The translations under genes and the position numbers were made by a program. From NCBI GenBank assembly GCA_964386195.1, contig CAYLTE010000004.1, forward strand, positions 1 to 54,027: a stretch of DNA of 54,027 nucleotides, in the 5' to 3' direction. A model generated the notes under the pieces. The model did not search any database, was not told the DNA's origin, and saw nothing but the letters and a program-made list of their open reading frames with translations. Source of the stretch: an uncultured Burkholderiales bacterium (GTDB lineage Bacteria > Pseudomonadota > Gammaproteobacteria > Burkholderiales > SHXO01). Below are positions 8,500 to 16,002 of the stretch, in pieces. Position 1 is the first letter of the stretch. Every line of letters begins with the position of its first letter.

Positions 8500-9735
8500 T
8501 CAGGCCGTTGCGCGTGCCAGCCGCCCGACTCGGGCTTCGCGAATCGGCAGATTGACCAGCGCCGCGGCCACGGCCAGCAGCATGTCGGCGTACCACATCC
8601 AAGTGTAGTCGCCGCTGCCGGCGAGTGCGAGACCGCCCAGCCAGGCGCCGAAGAAACCGCCGATCTGGTGCGACAGCAGGGTCAGGCCGAACAGGGTGGC
8701 GAGATAGCGCGTGCCGAACAGCTTGCCCACCAGTCCAGCGGTGGGCGGTACGGTGGACAGCCAGGTCACGCCGAGCACGAGCGCGAAAGCGTAGAAGGTG
8801 AGTGCGGTCTTCGGCGCCATCAGATAGATCGCGATCGCCACCGCGCGCGTCAGGTACACCCAGAACAGCAGCCACTTCATGCGGTACACGCCGCCGAGCG
8901 TGCCCGCGGTCAGGCTGCCGGCGATGTTGGCCAGGCCGATGATGGCGATGGACGTTGCCGCGACGCTCGCCGGCATGCCGCATAGCGCGACCTCGCCGGG
9001 CAGGTGCGTGATCAGGAAGGCGACGTGGAAGCCGCAGGTGAAGAAACCGGCGTGCAGGCACCAGTAGCTGCGGTCGCGTCCGGCGCTGCGCAGCTGCGCG
9101 CGCAGGTTGGTGTGCGCCTGCGTCGCTTTCTCGGTGACGGCGTCCGCACTGCCCGGCGCCGGGCTCGGCTTCGCCAGCGGTCGTGCGAGCGGAATCGTAA
9201 CCAGCGCGGCAGCTGCCATCGTCATCATCGCGCTCACCCAGCCGAAGGCGGCGATGAGCGCCTGGTTGAGCGGCGCGAACAGAAACTGCCCGAAGCTGCC
9301 ACCGGCGTTGATGAAGCCCGCGGCGAACGCACGCCGTTCCGGCGGCAGACGCGCGGCCGTCGCACCGATCAGGATGGAGAAGCTGCCCGCGCCCGCACCG
9401 GCCGACATCAGCAGGCCGATGCTCATCAGCAGCATCCACTCGCTCTGCACGAAGGGCGTCAGGGCGCAGCCGGCGGCGAGCAGCAGCGCGCCAAGCGCGA
9501 TCACGCGTGTGGAGCCGTAGCGATCTGCTACGGCGCCGAAGATCGGCTGCGTGGCGCCCCAGACGAACTGACCCACGGCCATCGCGAAGCTGATGGCGAC
9601 GATGCCCAGCCCGGTGGAGGTGTTGAGCGGCGAGATGAACAGGCCGAGCGACTGGCGCACGCCCATGGTGACGGTGAGAATGGCCCCGGCGGCGAGCAGG
9701 AGGGGCCAGTAGGCTTTTGATGAAGTGGGGGGCAT
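8500..9735 (-). CDS. MFS transporter
   Basis: ORF 8500..9969 trimmed to the ATG at 9733-9735 (MPPTSSKAYWPLLLAAGAILTV...). Multiple hydrophobic helices throughout, typical 12-TM MFS layout. It starts 10 nt after the hxlR stop. Confidence 0.85.
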   Translation of the reverse strand: MPPTSSKAYWPLLLAAGAILTVTMGVRQSLGLFISPLNTSTGLGIVAISFAMAVGQFVWGATQPIFGAVADRYGSTRVIALGALLLAAGCALTPFVQSEWMLLMSIGLLMSAGAGAGSFSILIGATAARLPPERRAFAAGFINAGGSFGQFLFAPLNQALIAAFGWVSAMMTMAAAALVTIPLARPLAKPSPAPGSADAVTEKATQAHTNLRAQLRSAGRDRSYWCLHAGFFTCGFHVAFLITHLPGEVALCGMPASVAATSIAIIGLANIAGSLTAGTLGGVYRMKWLLFWVYLTRAVAIAIYLMAPKTALTFYAFALVLGVTWLSTVPPTAGLVGKLFGTRYLATLFGLTLLSHQIGGFFGAWLGGLALAGSGDYTWMWYADMLLAVAAALVNLPIREARVGRLARATA

Positions 9736-9745
9736 GCGAGCTGAC

Positions 9746-10297
9746 TCAGATCGATTTCGCTGCAACCCGCCGCTTCCTGGCCCGCTCGGTGGGCGGTTCG
9801 GACGCCGGCAGGCCCCAGGCGCTTCCGGCAAGCTTGCGCCGGGTTGAATCCGCTGCTGCGGGACCGGGTGCCACGACGTAGTGAGGAAGTGCGATGGGTT
9901 GCCCTGTATGCCGATCCACGAGCACCGGATCGGCCGGGGCGCCGGTTCGAGAGTCGACCAGGATGACACTGGGCCCTTCCGGCGCGGCGTGCTGGTTGCC
10001 CCACACCTGCATGGCGATCAGGACCGGCTTCAGATCCTGTCCGCTATCCGTGAGGATGTACTCGAATCGAGGCGGGTGATCGTTGTAACGGCGCTTGGTC
10101 AGGATTCCCGCCTCGACCAGCGCGGCAAGCCGCCGCGTGAGCATATTGGGTGCAATGCCCAGACTCTTCTCGAACTGATCGAAGCGCGTCAGGCCGTGGA
10201 ACGCATCGCGCACGATCAGCAGCGTCCACCACTCGCCGATGCGGTCGAGGCATCGAGCAATCGGGCACTGCATGGCTCTGAAACTCTTTCGTTCCAT
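9746..10297 (-). CDS. HxlR-family winged-helix transcriptional regulator
   Basis: CPIARCLDRIGEWWTLLIVRDAFHGLTRFDQFEKSLGIAPNMLTRRLAALVEAGIL.KRRY...PPRFEYILT is the HxlR signature. The track start at 10318 is a TTG. I prefer the ATG at 10295-10297 (MERKSF...), but the start is uncertain. Confidence 0.8.
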   Translation of the reverse strand: MERKSFRAMQCPIARCLDRIGEWWTLLIVRDAFHGLTRFDQFEKSLGIAPNMLTRRLAALVEAGILTKRRYNDHPPRFEYILTDSGQDLKPVLIAMQVWGNQHAAPEGPSVILVDSRTGAPADPVLVDRHTGQPIALPHYVVAPGPAAADSTRRKLAGSAWGLPASEPPTERARKRRVAAKSI

Positions 10298-10318
10298 CCG
10301 CCGACTATAGGCGTGCAA

Positions 10319-10333
10319 CTTGCATCATGCAAG
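10319..10333. promoter_or_regulatory. perfect 7-1-7 palindrome CTTGCAT-C-ATGCAAG, candidate operator in the hxlR/tetR divergent region
   Basis: Read directly. It sits 22 nt upstream of the preferred hxlR ATG. About 3 such 7+7 palindromes are expected by chance in 54 kb for a given spacer, so only the position makes it suggestive. Confidence 0.3.
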
Positions 10334-10443
10334 CCAGGGAACGGAGGATGAAGCGCGTACTTCGGAACCCTTTCGGGATCGAGCCCTAGCGAGCAGGTGA
10401 GAACCGTCCCGGTCGGCACTCGAAGATGCCCATCAGAATCATC

Positions 10444-10486
10444 TTGACTGACCGTTCCAGGCTTGATCCAATATGAACCATGGTTC
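10444..10486 (+). promoter_or_regulatory. candidate sigma70-like promoter plus 12-bp palindrome centred on the tetR start codon
   Basis: TTGACT (10444-10449), a 17-bp spacer, then TCCAAT (10467-10472). The ATG at 10480 lies about 7-8 nt downstream with no Shine-Dalgarno. The palindrome GAACCATGGTTC spans 10475-10486. Confidence 0.3.
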
Positions 10487-11058
10487 GCACCAAACAGTTC
10501 GACCGGTTCGCGGCATTGGATGAGGCGATGGAATTGTTCTGGGAGCGCGGGTACCACGCGACCAGCATTCAGGATCTCGTCGATCGCCTCGCTGTGAATC
10601 GCCAAAGCCTGTACGACACGTTCGGCGGCAAGGACGCGTTGTATCTCGCCGCGCTCGAGCGCTATCGGACGCTCGCGGCGCAACCCGTGCGCATGGCGCT
10701 GGAGCGCGAGGGTCCGGTGCAGGAGGTGCTGCAGCGCTTCTTCAGCGACTTTCTGGATAACTTCCTGGCTGGTAACTGGAAAGGCTGCTTCATGGTGAAC
10801 GCGACGGCGGAGCTGGCCGGGCAGGACGAAGGCGTCTCGCGTGTGTGTGCGGCCAACACCCGCCAGCTCGAGGCTGCCTTTGCCGGGCTGATTGCGCGCG
10901 GTCAGCAGGCCGGCGAGATCGACGCGTCCCGGCCCGTCCTGCCGCTCGCACGCTTTCTGGTCAGCACCATGAACGGGCTGGCAGTAACGGCGAAGGCCAC
11001 GCGTGACCGCAAGGTGCTGGACCAGATCGTGGAGGTGGCGCTGAGAATCGTGTCGTAG
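10480..11058 (+). CDS. TetR/AcrR-family transcriptional regulator
   Basis: 192 aa. The N-terminal HTH is FDRFAALDEAMELFWERGYHATSIQDLVDRLAVNRQSLYDTFGGKDALY. Confidence 0.85.
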   Translation: MVRTKQFDRFAALDEAMELFWERGYHATSIQDLVDRLAVNRQSLYDTFGGKDALYLAALERYRTLAAQPVRMALEREGPVQEVLQRFFSDFLDNFLAGNWKGCFMVNATAELAGQDEGVSRVCAANTRQLEAAFAGLIARGQQAGEIDASRPVLPLARFLVSTMNGLAVTAKATRDRKVLDQIVEVALRIVS

Positions 11059-11109
11059 CGTTTTTTTGTTCTTTTCCGACTGCTCGTTCCAATATAGGAG
11101 ACTCGAGAC

Positions 11110-11853
11110 ATGAAACTGCAAGGCAAGATTGCTGTGGTCACGGGCGGCACCACCGGCATCGGGCAGGCGGCCGCCCGGCTGTTCCATGCGGAAGGTGCGC
11201 AGGTATTCGTGACCGGACGCAACGAAACGACGCTCACGCAAGCCCGAAAGGCGCTGCCTGGCATCACCGCGTTGCCCTCCGATGCATCCAGAATCGAGGA
11301 CGCGGCAGCCCTTGCGCGAACGCTCGAGTCACAGGCTGGCCGTGTGGACGTCCTGTTCGTCAACGCAGGCATCGCGCAATTCATGCCGATCGAACAGGTC
11401 ACGCCGGAGGCGTTCGATCGCATGTTCGACGTGAACGTACGCGGCGCGTTCTTCACCATCCAGCACCTGCTGCCCCTTATGTCGCAGGGCGGCTCCATCG
11501 TTCTGACCACTTCGGTTGCTGCGGATCTCGGCATGGCGACGGCCGCTGTGTACAGCGCGACGAAGGCCGCGCTGTCCTCGCTGGCTCGCACACTGGCCAA
11601 CGAGCTGGTGGGGCGCGGGATCCGCGTCAACGAAGTGAGCCCGGGGCCGATCGAGACTCCCATATTCAGCAAGATGGGCATGTCCGCCGAGCAGATCGAT
11701 GGCTTCAAGGGCCACATGTCGGGCATGGTGCCGATGAAGCGCCTCGGTTCTCCCGACGAAGTCGCCCGCGCCGTGCTGTATCTGGCCTGCGACGACGCGA
11801 GCTACGTGACCGGCGCGAAGATCACGGTCGATGGGGGTGTGCTGCTGAACTGA
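11110..11853 (+). CDS. SDR-family oxidoreductase
   Basis: 247 aa. TGGTTGIGQAAA cofactor motif, NAG, and YSATKAAL (YxxxK). Confidence 0.9.
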   Translation: MKLQGKIAVVTGGTTGIGQAAARLFHAEGAQVFVTGRNETTLTQARKALPGITALPSDASRIEDAAALARTLESQAGRVDVLFVNAGIAQFMPIEQVTPEAFDRMFDVNVRGAFFTIQHLLPLMSQGGSIVLTTSVAADLGMATAAVYSATKAALSSLARTLANELVGRGIRVNEVSPGPIETPIFSKMGMSAEQIDGFKGHMSGMVPMKRLGSPDEVARAVLYLACDDASYVTGAKITVDGGVLLN

Positions 11854-11895
11854 GGAGTACGGCCTCGAACGGGGTGGGGCGCGCCACCCTGTGTC

Positions 11896-12999
11896 TCAGC
11901 TCTCCAGCGTCAGCGCCTGCGCCGGCAGCGCGTTCGCCCGCTCGACGAACACCTGCATGCGGCGCGGGCGCACCACCAGGCACTCGCCGAGCTTCAGCCC
12001 CAGGCTCACCGCGCGCGAAGCCGGGATCTCGGCCTCCACGATCTCGCCGGTATCCTCGCGCTCGAGCTCCAGGCGCGCGGTCGGGCCCACCACCAGCAGG
12101 CGGGAGAGCTGCGCGGGAATGCCTTCCGCCCCGGGCGAGAAACGCTCGATATCGATCTCGTGCGGACGCGCATAGGCGATCGCCGGCGCATCATCGTCCA
12201 CCTGCGCGTGGCGCGAAGCGTCCAGCGAGACCGGCCCGAGGTGCACCCGACCGCCGGCGGCGCGGCCGTGGAACACGTTGACCGTGCCGAGGAAGCTGTA
12301 GACGAAGGGCGATGCGGGGCGCTCGTACACCTCGTTCGGGCTGCCGACCTGCTCGACCTTGCCCTTGTTCATCAGCACCACACGGTCGGCCACTTCCAGC
12401 GCCTCCTCCTGGTCGTGGGTGACGAAGATGCTGGTGATGTGCAGCTCGTCGTGCAGGCGGCGCAGCCAGCGGCGCAGTTCCTTGCGCACCTTCGCATCCA
12501 GCGCGCCGAACGGCTCGTCGAGCAGCAGCACCTTGGGTTCGACGGCGAGCGCGCGCGCCAGCGCGATGCGCTGACGCTGCCCGCCGGAGAGCTGGTGCGG
12601 ATAGCGATCCGCCAGCCAGTCGAGTTGCACAAGCTTCAGCAGCTCCATCGCCTTCTCGCGGATCTGCGCCTTCGACGGACGCTCGGAACGCGGCTTCACC
12701 CGCAGACCGAAGGCGACGTTCTCGAACACGCTCATGTGCCGGAACAGCGCGTAGTGCTGGAACACGAAGCCGACCTGGCGCTCGCGCACGTCCTGGTCGG
12801 AGGCGTCCTCGCCGTGAAACAGCACCGATCCGGCATCGGGCGTCTCCAGCCCGGCGATGATGCGCAGGAGGGTGGTCTTGCCGCAGCCCGACGGGCCGAG
12901 CAGGGCGACCAGCTGTCCCGAAGGAAAGCTCAGGCTGACGTCGTCGAGCGCGGTGAAGCTGCCGAAGCGCTTGGCGATGCGGTTGACTTCGATGCTCAT
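11896..12999 (-). CDS. cysA: sulfate/thiosulfate ABC transporter ATP-binding protein
   Basis: ORF 11896..13476 trimmed to the ATG at 12997-12999 ([46 protein letters not shown]...[15 protein letters not shown]...[11 protein letters not shown]). ATGA overlap with the cysW stop. Confidence 0.9.
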   Translation of the reverse strand: MSIEVNRIAKRFGSFTALDDVSLSFPSGQLVALLGPSGCGKTTLLRIIAGLETPDAGSVLFHGEDASDQDVRERQVGFVFQHYALFRHMSVFENVAFGLRVKPRSERPSKAQIREKAMELLKLVQLDWLADRYPHQLSGGQRQRIALARALAVEPKVLLLDEPFGALDAKVRKELRRWLRRLHDELHITSIFVTHDQEEALEVADRVVLMNKGKVEQVGSPNEVYERPASPFVYSFLGTVNVFHGRAAGGRVHLGPVSLDASRHAQVDDDAPAIAYARPHEIDIERFSPGAEGIPAQLSRLLVVGPTARLELEREDTGEIVEAEIPASRAVSLGLKLGECLVVRPRRMQVFVERANALPAQALTLES

Positions 13000-13898
13000 G
13001 CGGGTCGTTCTCCAGGCAGTGCCGCGGCCAGCGCGAGTTCGCGCCGGGTCTTCCATTCGATCAGGCTCTTCAGCAGCAGCGTCACCAGTCCCAGCGACGC
13101 GAGCAGCGAGGCCACCGCGAAGGCGGCGGCGAAGTTGTATTCGTTGTAGAGGATCTCGACGTGCAGGGGCGTGGTGTTGGTGAGCCCGCGCACGTGACCG
13201 GAGACCACCGATACCGCGCCGAACTCGCCCATCGCCCGCGCGTTGCACAGGATCACGCCGTAGAGCAGGCCCCACTTGATGTTCGGCAGGGTCACGCGCC
13301 AGAACATCTGCCAGCCGGAGGCGCCGAGCACGCGCGCGGCCTCTTCCTCCTCGGTGCCCTGCGCCTGCATCAGCGGGATCAGCTCGCGCGCGATGAAGGG
13401 AAAGGTGACGAACACGGTGGCCAGCACGATTCCCGGTACCGCAAACACGATCCTCAGGTCGTGTTCCTGCAGCCACGGTCCCAGCCAGCCTTGCGCGCCG
13501 AACAGCAGCACGTAGGCGAGGCCCGCGATCACCGGCGAGACGGCGAAGGGAAGGTCGATCAGCGTGATCAGCAGGCTCTTGCCGCGGAAGTCGAACTTGG
13601 CGATGGCCCAGGCGGCCGCCACGCCGAACACGAGGTTTGCCGGCACCGCGATGGCGGCGACCAGCAGCGTGAGCTGGATTGCGGCGAGCGCATCCGGCTC
13701 GAACAGCGCGGCGAGGTAGGTGTCGAAGCCCTTCCGCAAGGCCTCGGTGAACACCGCGAGCAGCGGCACCAGCAGGAACAGGCCGAGGAAGGCCAGCGCG
13801 AGGCCGGTCAGCAGCCAGCGCACGATACGCGGCTCGGCGGTGGCGGAGGAGCGGGCGGCGACCGGCGCCGGCAGTGCAAGCGCGGTAGCGGCGCTCAT
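12996..13898 (-). CDS. cysW: sulfate ABC transporter permease CysW
   Basis: 300 aa. Permease with the EAA-type loop ([27 protein letters not shown]) and position in the sbp-cysT-cysW-cysA string. Confidence 0.9.
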   Translation of the reverse strand: MSAATALALPAPVAARSSATAEPRIVRWLLTGLALAFLGLFLLVPLLAVFTEALRKGFDTYLAALFEPDALAAIQLTLLVAAIAVPANLVFGVAAAWAIAKFDFRGKSLLITLIDLPFAVSPVIAGLAYVLLFGAQGWLGPWLQEHDLRIVFAVPGIVLATVFVTFPFIARELIPLMQAQGTEEEEAARVLGASGWQMFWRVTLPNIKWGLLYGVILCNARAMGEFGAVSVVSGHVRGLTNTTPLHVEILYNEYNFAAAFAVASLLASLGLVTLLLKSLIEWKTRRELALAAALPGERPA

Positions 13899-13899
13899 G

Positions 13900-14781
13900 T
13901 CAGAGGCGTCCCGTGCGTCGTGCGCTCCACCACTGCAGCAGATTGATCAGCAGCAGCAGGGCGAACGAAATGAGCAGCATCACCACCGCCACCGAGGTGG
14001 CGCCGGCATAGTCGTACTGCTCGAGCTTGATGATGATCAGCAGCGGGGCGATCTCGGAGACCATCGGCATATTGCCGGCGATGAAGATCACCGAGCCGTA
14101 CTCGCCCACCGCGCGGGCGAAGGCCAGGGTGAAGCCGGTGAGCAGGGCCGGCGTGACCGCCGGCAGGATCACGCGCATGAACGTCTGCAGGCGATTGGCG
14201 CCGAGCGTGGCGGCTGCCTCCTCGAGTTCCGGCTCGAGATCCTCGAGCACCGGCTGCACGGTGCGTACGACGAAGGGCAGGCCGATGAAAGTCAGCGCCA
14301 CCACTACGCCCAACGGTGCGAACGCGACCTGGATGCCGAGCGGTTCGAGGAACTGACCGATCCAGCCGTTGCCTGCATACACGGCGGTGAGCGCGATGCC
14401 GGCCACTGCGGTCGGCAGAGCGAAGGGCAGATCGACCATTGCGTCGGCGATGCGCCGGCCCGGGAAGCGGTAGCGCACCAGCACCCAGGCGACCAGCAGG
14501 CCAAACATCGCGTTCAGCGCGCCGGCCAGCAGCGATGCGCCGAAGGACAGGCGCAGCGCCGCGAGCACGCGCGGCGCGCTGATCGTCGCCCAGAACGCCT
14601 CCCAGCCCAGCGTCGCGGACTTCAGGAAGGTGGCCGACAACGGGATCAGCACGATCAGCGACAGGTAGAGCAGGGCGAAGCCGAGCGCCAGCCCGAATCC
14701 TGGCAGGACGCTGGGCTTCTTCCATGGCCGTCCTGCAGCGAGAGCAGGCGAGGCGGATAGCGTTGCAGCAGCGGCGGTCAC
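13900..14781 (-). CDS. cysT: sulfate ABC transporter permease CysT
   Basis: ORF 13900..15024 trimmed. There is no in-frame ATG before the first TM segment. A GTG (complement of 14779-14781) 10 nt after the sbp stop gives [11 protein letters not shown]...[25 protein letters not shown] loop [21 protein letters not shown]. The start is uncertain. Confidence 0.8.
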   Translation of the reverse strand: MTAAAATLSASPALAAGRPWKKPSVLPGFGLALGFALLYLSLIVLIPLSATFLKSATLGWEAFWATISAPRVLAALRLSFGASLLAGALNAMFGLLVAWVLVRYRFPGRRIADAMVDLPFALPTAVAGIALTAVYAGNGWIGQFLEPLGIQVAFAPLGVVVALTFIGLPFVVRTVQPVLEDLEPELEEAAATLGANRLQTFMRVILPAVTPALLTGFTLAFARAVGEYGSVIFIAGNMPMVSEIAPLLIIIKLEQYDYAGATSVAVVMLLISFALLLLINLLQWWSARRTGRL

Positions 14782-14791
14782 GGGCGCGCCC

Positions 14792-15829
14792 TCAGCGGTT
14801 GCCGGCGAGCAGCTGATCGAGGATTGCGCCGTCGTCGAAGTGCTGCTTCTGCGCAAGCTGCCAGCCGCCGAAGGTGTTCTGCACGGTGAACAGCCGCAGC
14901 TTGGCGAAGCGCTGCGCGTGGCGCGCGAGCACCTGGGGGTCGCTCGGGCGGAAGTTGTGGCGCGCGACGATCTCCTGGCCTTCCGGTGAGTACAGATACC
15001 TGAGATAGGCCTGTGCGAGCGCACGCGTGCCGCGCTTGTCCGCCACCTTGTCCACCACCGCGACCGGGTTCTCCGCGACGATGCTCACGGAGGGCACCAC
15101 CACCTCGAACCGACCCTTGCCCAGCTCGTTCTCGATCAGTTCGACCTCGTTCTCGAACGTCAGCAGGACGTCGCCGATGCCGCGCTGGGTGAAGGTGGTG
15201 GTGGCGCCGCGCCCGCCGCCGTCGAGCACCGGCACGTTCTTCAGCAGGCGCCCGACGAACTCGCGCGCCTTCGCGGCGTCACCCCCGTTCTCGAGCACGT
15301 AGCCCCATGCGGCGAGATAGCTGTAGCGGCCGTTTCCGGAAGTCTTGGGATTGGGCAGGATGACCTTGACGTCGGGGCGCACCAGGTCGTTCCAGTCGCG
15401 CACCTTCTTCGGATTGCCCTTGCGCACCAGGAATACGGTGGTCGAGGTGTAGGGCACGCTGCCATTGGGCAGGCGCTTGGCCCAGTCGGCCGGGATCAGC
15501 TTGGCGCGCGTATGCAGGATGTCGATGTCGCTCGCCTGATTCATGCTGATGACGTCCGCCTCCAGTCCGTCCACCACCGCGCGCGCCTGCTTGCTCGAAC
15601 CGCCGTGCGACTGCCGCACCGTCACGCTGCGTCCGGTCTTCTCCCTCCAGTAACGGGCGAAGGCGGCGTTGTAGTCCTTGTAGAACTCGCGGGTGACGTC
15701 GTAGGAGACGTTGAGCAGGGAGTCCTGCGCGCGGGCGGGCGTCGGCTCGAGGGACCACGCGATTCCTGCTGCGAGGAGCAGGGACGCGACGAGGCGCACG
15801 ATCGGGCGCTGGAGCGGGTCGGAGGTCAT
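14792..15829 (-). CDS. sbp: periplasmic sulfate-binding protein
   Basis: ORF trimmed to the ATG at 15827-15829 (MTSDPLQRPIVRLVASLLLAAGIAWS...). The mature part, LLNVSYDVTREFYKDYN.AF...SHGGSSKQARAVVDGLEADV...NPKTSGNGRYSYLAAWGY, is the Sbp/CysP pattern. Confidence 0.9.
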   Translation of the reverse strand: MTSDPLQRPIVRLVASLLLAAGIAWSLEPTPARAQDSLLNVSYDVTREFYKDYNAAFARYWREKTGRSVTVRQSHGGSSKQARAVVDGLEADVISMNQASDIDILHTRAKLIPADWAKRLPNGSVPYTSTTVFLVRKGNPKKVRDWNDLVRPDVKVILPNPKTSGNGRYSYLAAWGYVLENGGDAAKAREFVGRLLKNVPVLDGGGRGATTTFTQRGIGDVLLTFENEVELIENELGKGRFEVVVPSVSIVAENPVAVVDKVADKRGTRALAQAYLRYLYSPEGQEIVARHNFRPSDPQVLARHAQRFAKLRLFTVQNTFGGWQLAQKQHFDDGAILDQLLAGNR

Positions 15830-15907
15830 CGATGAAGCTGGGGCGGTATGAAGTAGACGGCCAGGACGCAGCGGCAGGACGAACACTACTCAAGCGCTAT
15901 CTGCCTT

Positions 15908-15929
15908 AGAACGAATTTGATCTTCGTTC
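15908..15929. promoter_or_regulatory. AT-rich inverted repeat GAACGAA-N7-TTCGTTC upstream of sbp; shares the 9-mer AGAACGAAT with the cysI upstream region
   Basis: Read directly. It lies 79-100 nt upstream of the sbp ATG. The identical 9-mer is at 3962-3970, upstream of cysI. It is a candidate CysB-family site. Confidence 0.35.
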
Positions 15930-16002
15930 CTAATATCCAGGCGTTATTTGGCCGTCCGCCGGGCGCGGCAACTGTCGCCGCCCTGAGTCGAAAGCGGTCG
16001 GC

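Noticed and set aside
7949-9439. Apparent 496-aa protein, plus similar N-terminally extended track ORFs (8500..9969, 803..1918, 11896..13476, 13900..15024, 32261..34480, 39130..41850, 29431..31089).
   Set aside because: The recognisable domain starts at an internal ATG or GTG that abuts the upstream gene or has an RBS. The extensions are Arg-rich read-through over neighbouring genes. Coordinates were trimmed accordingly.
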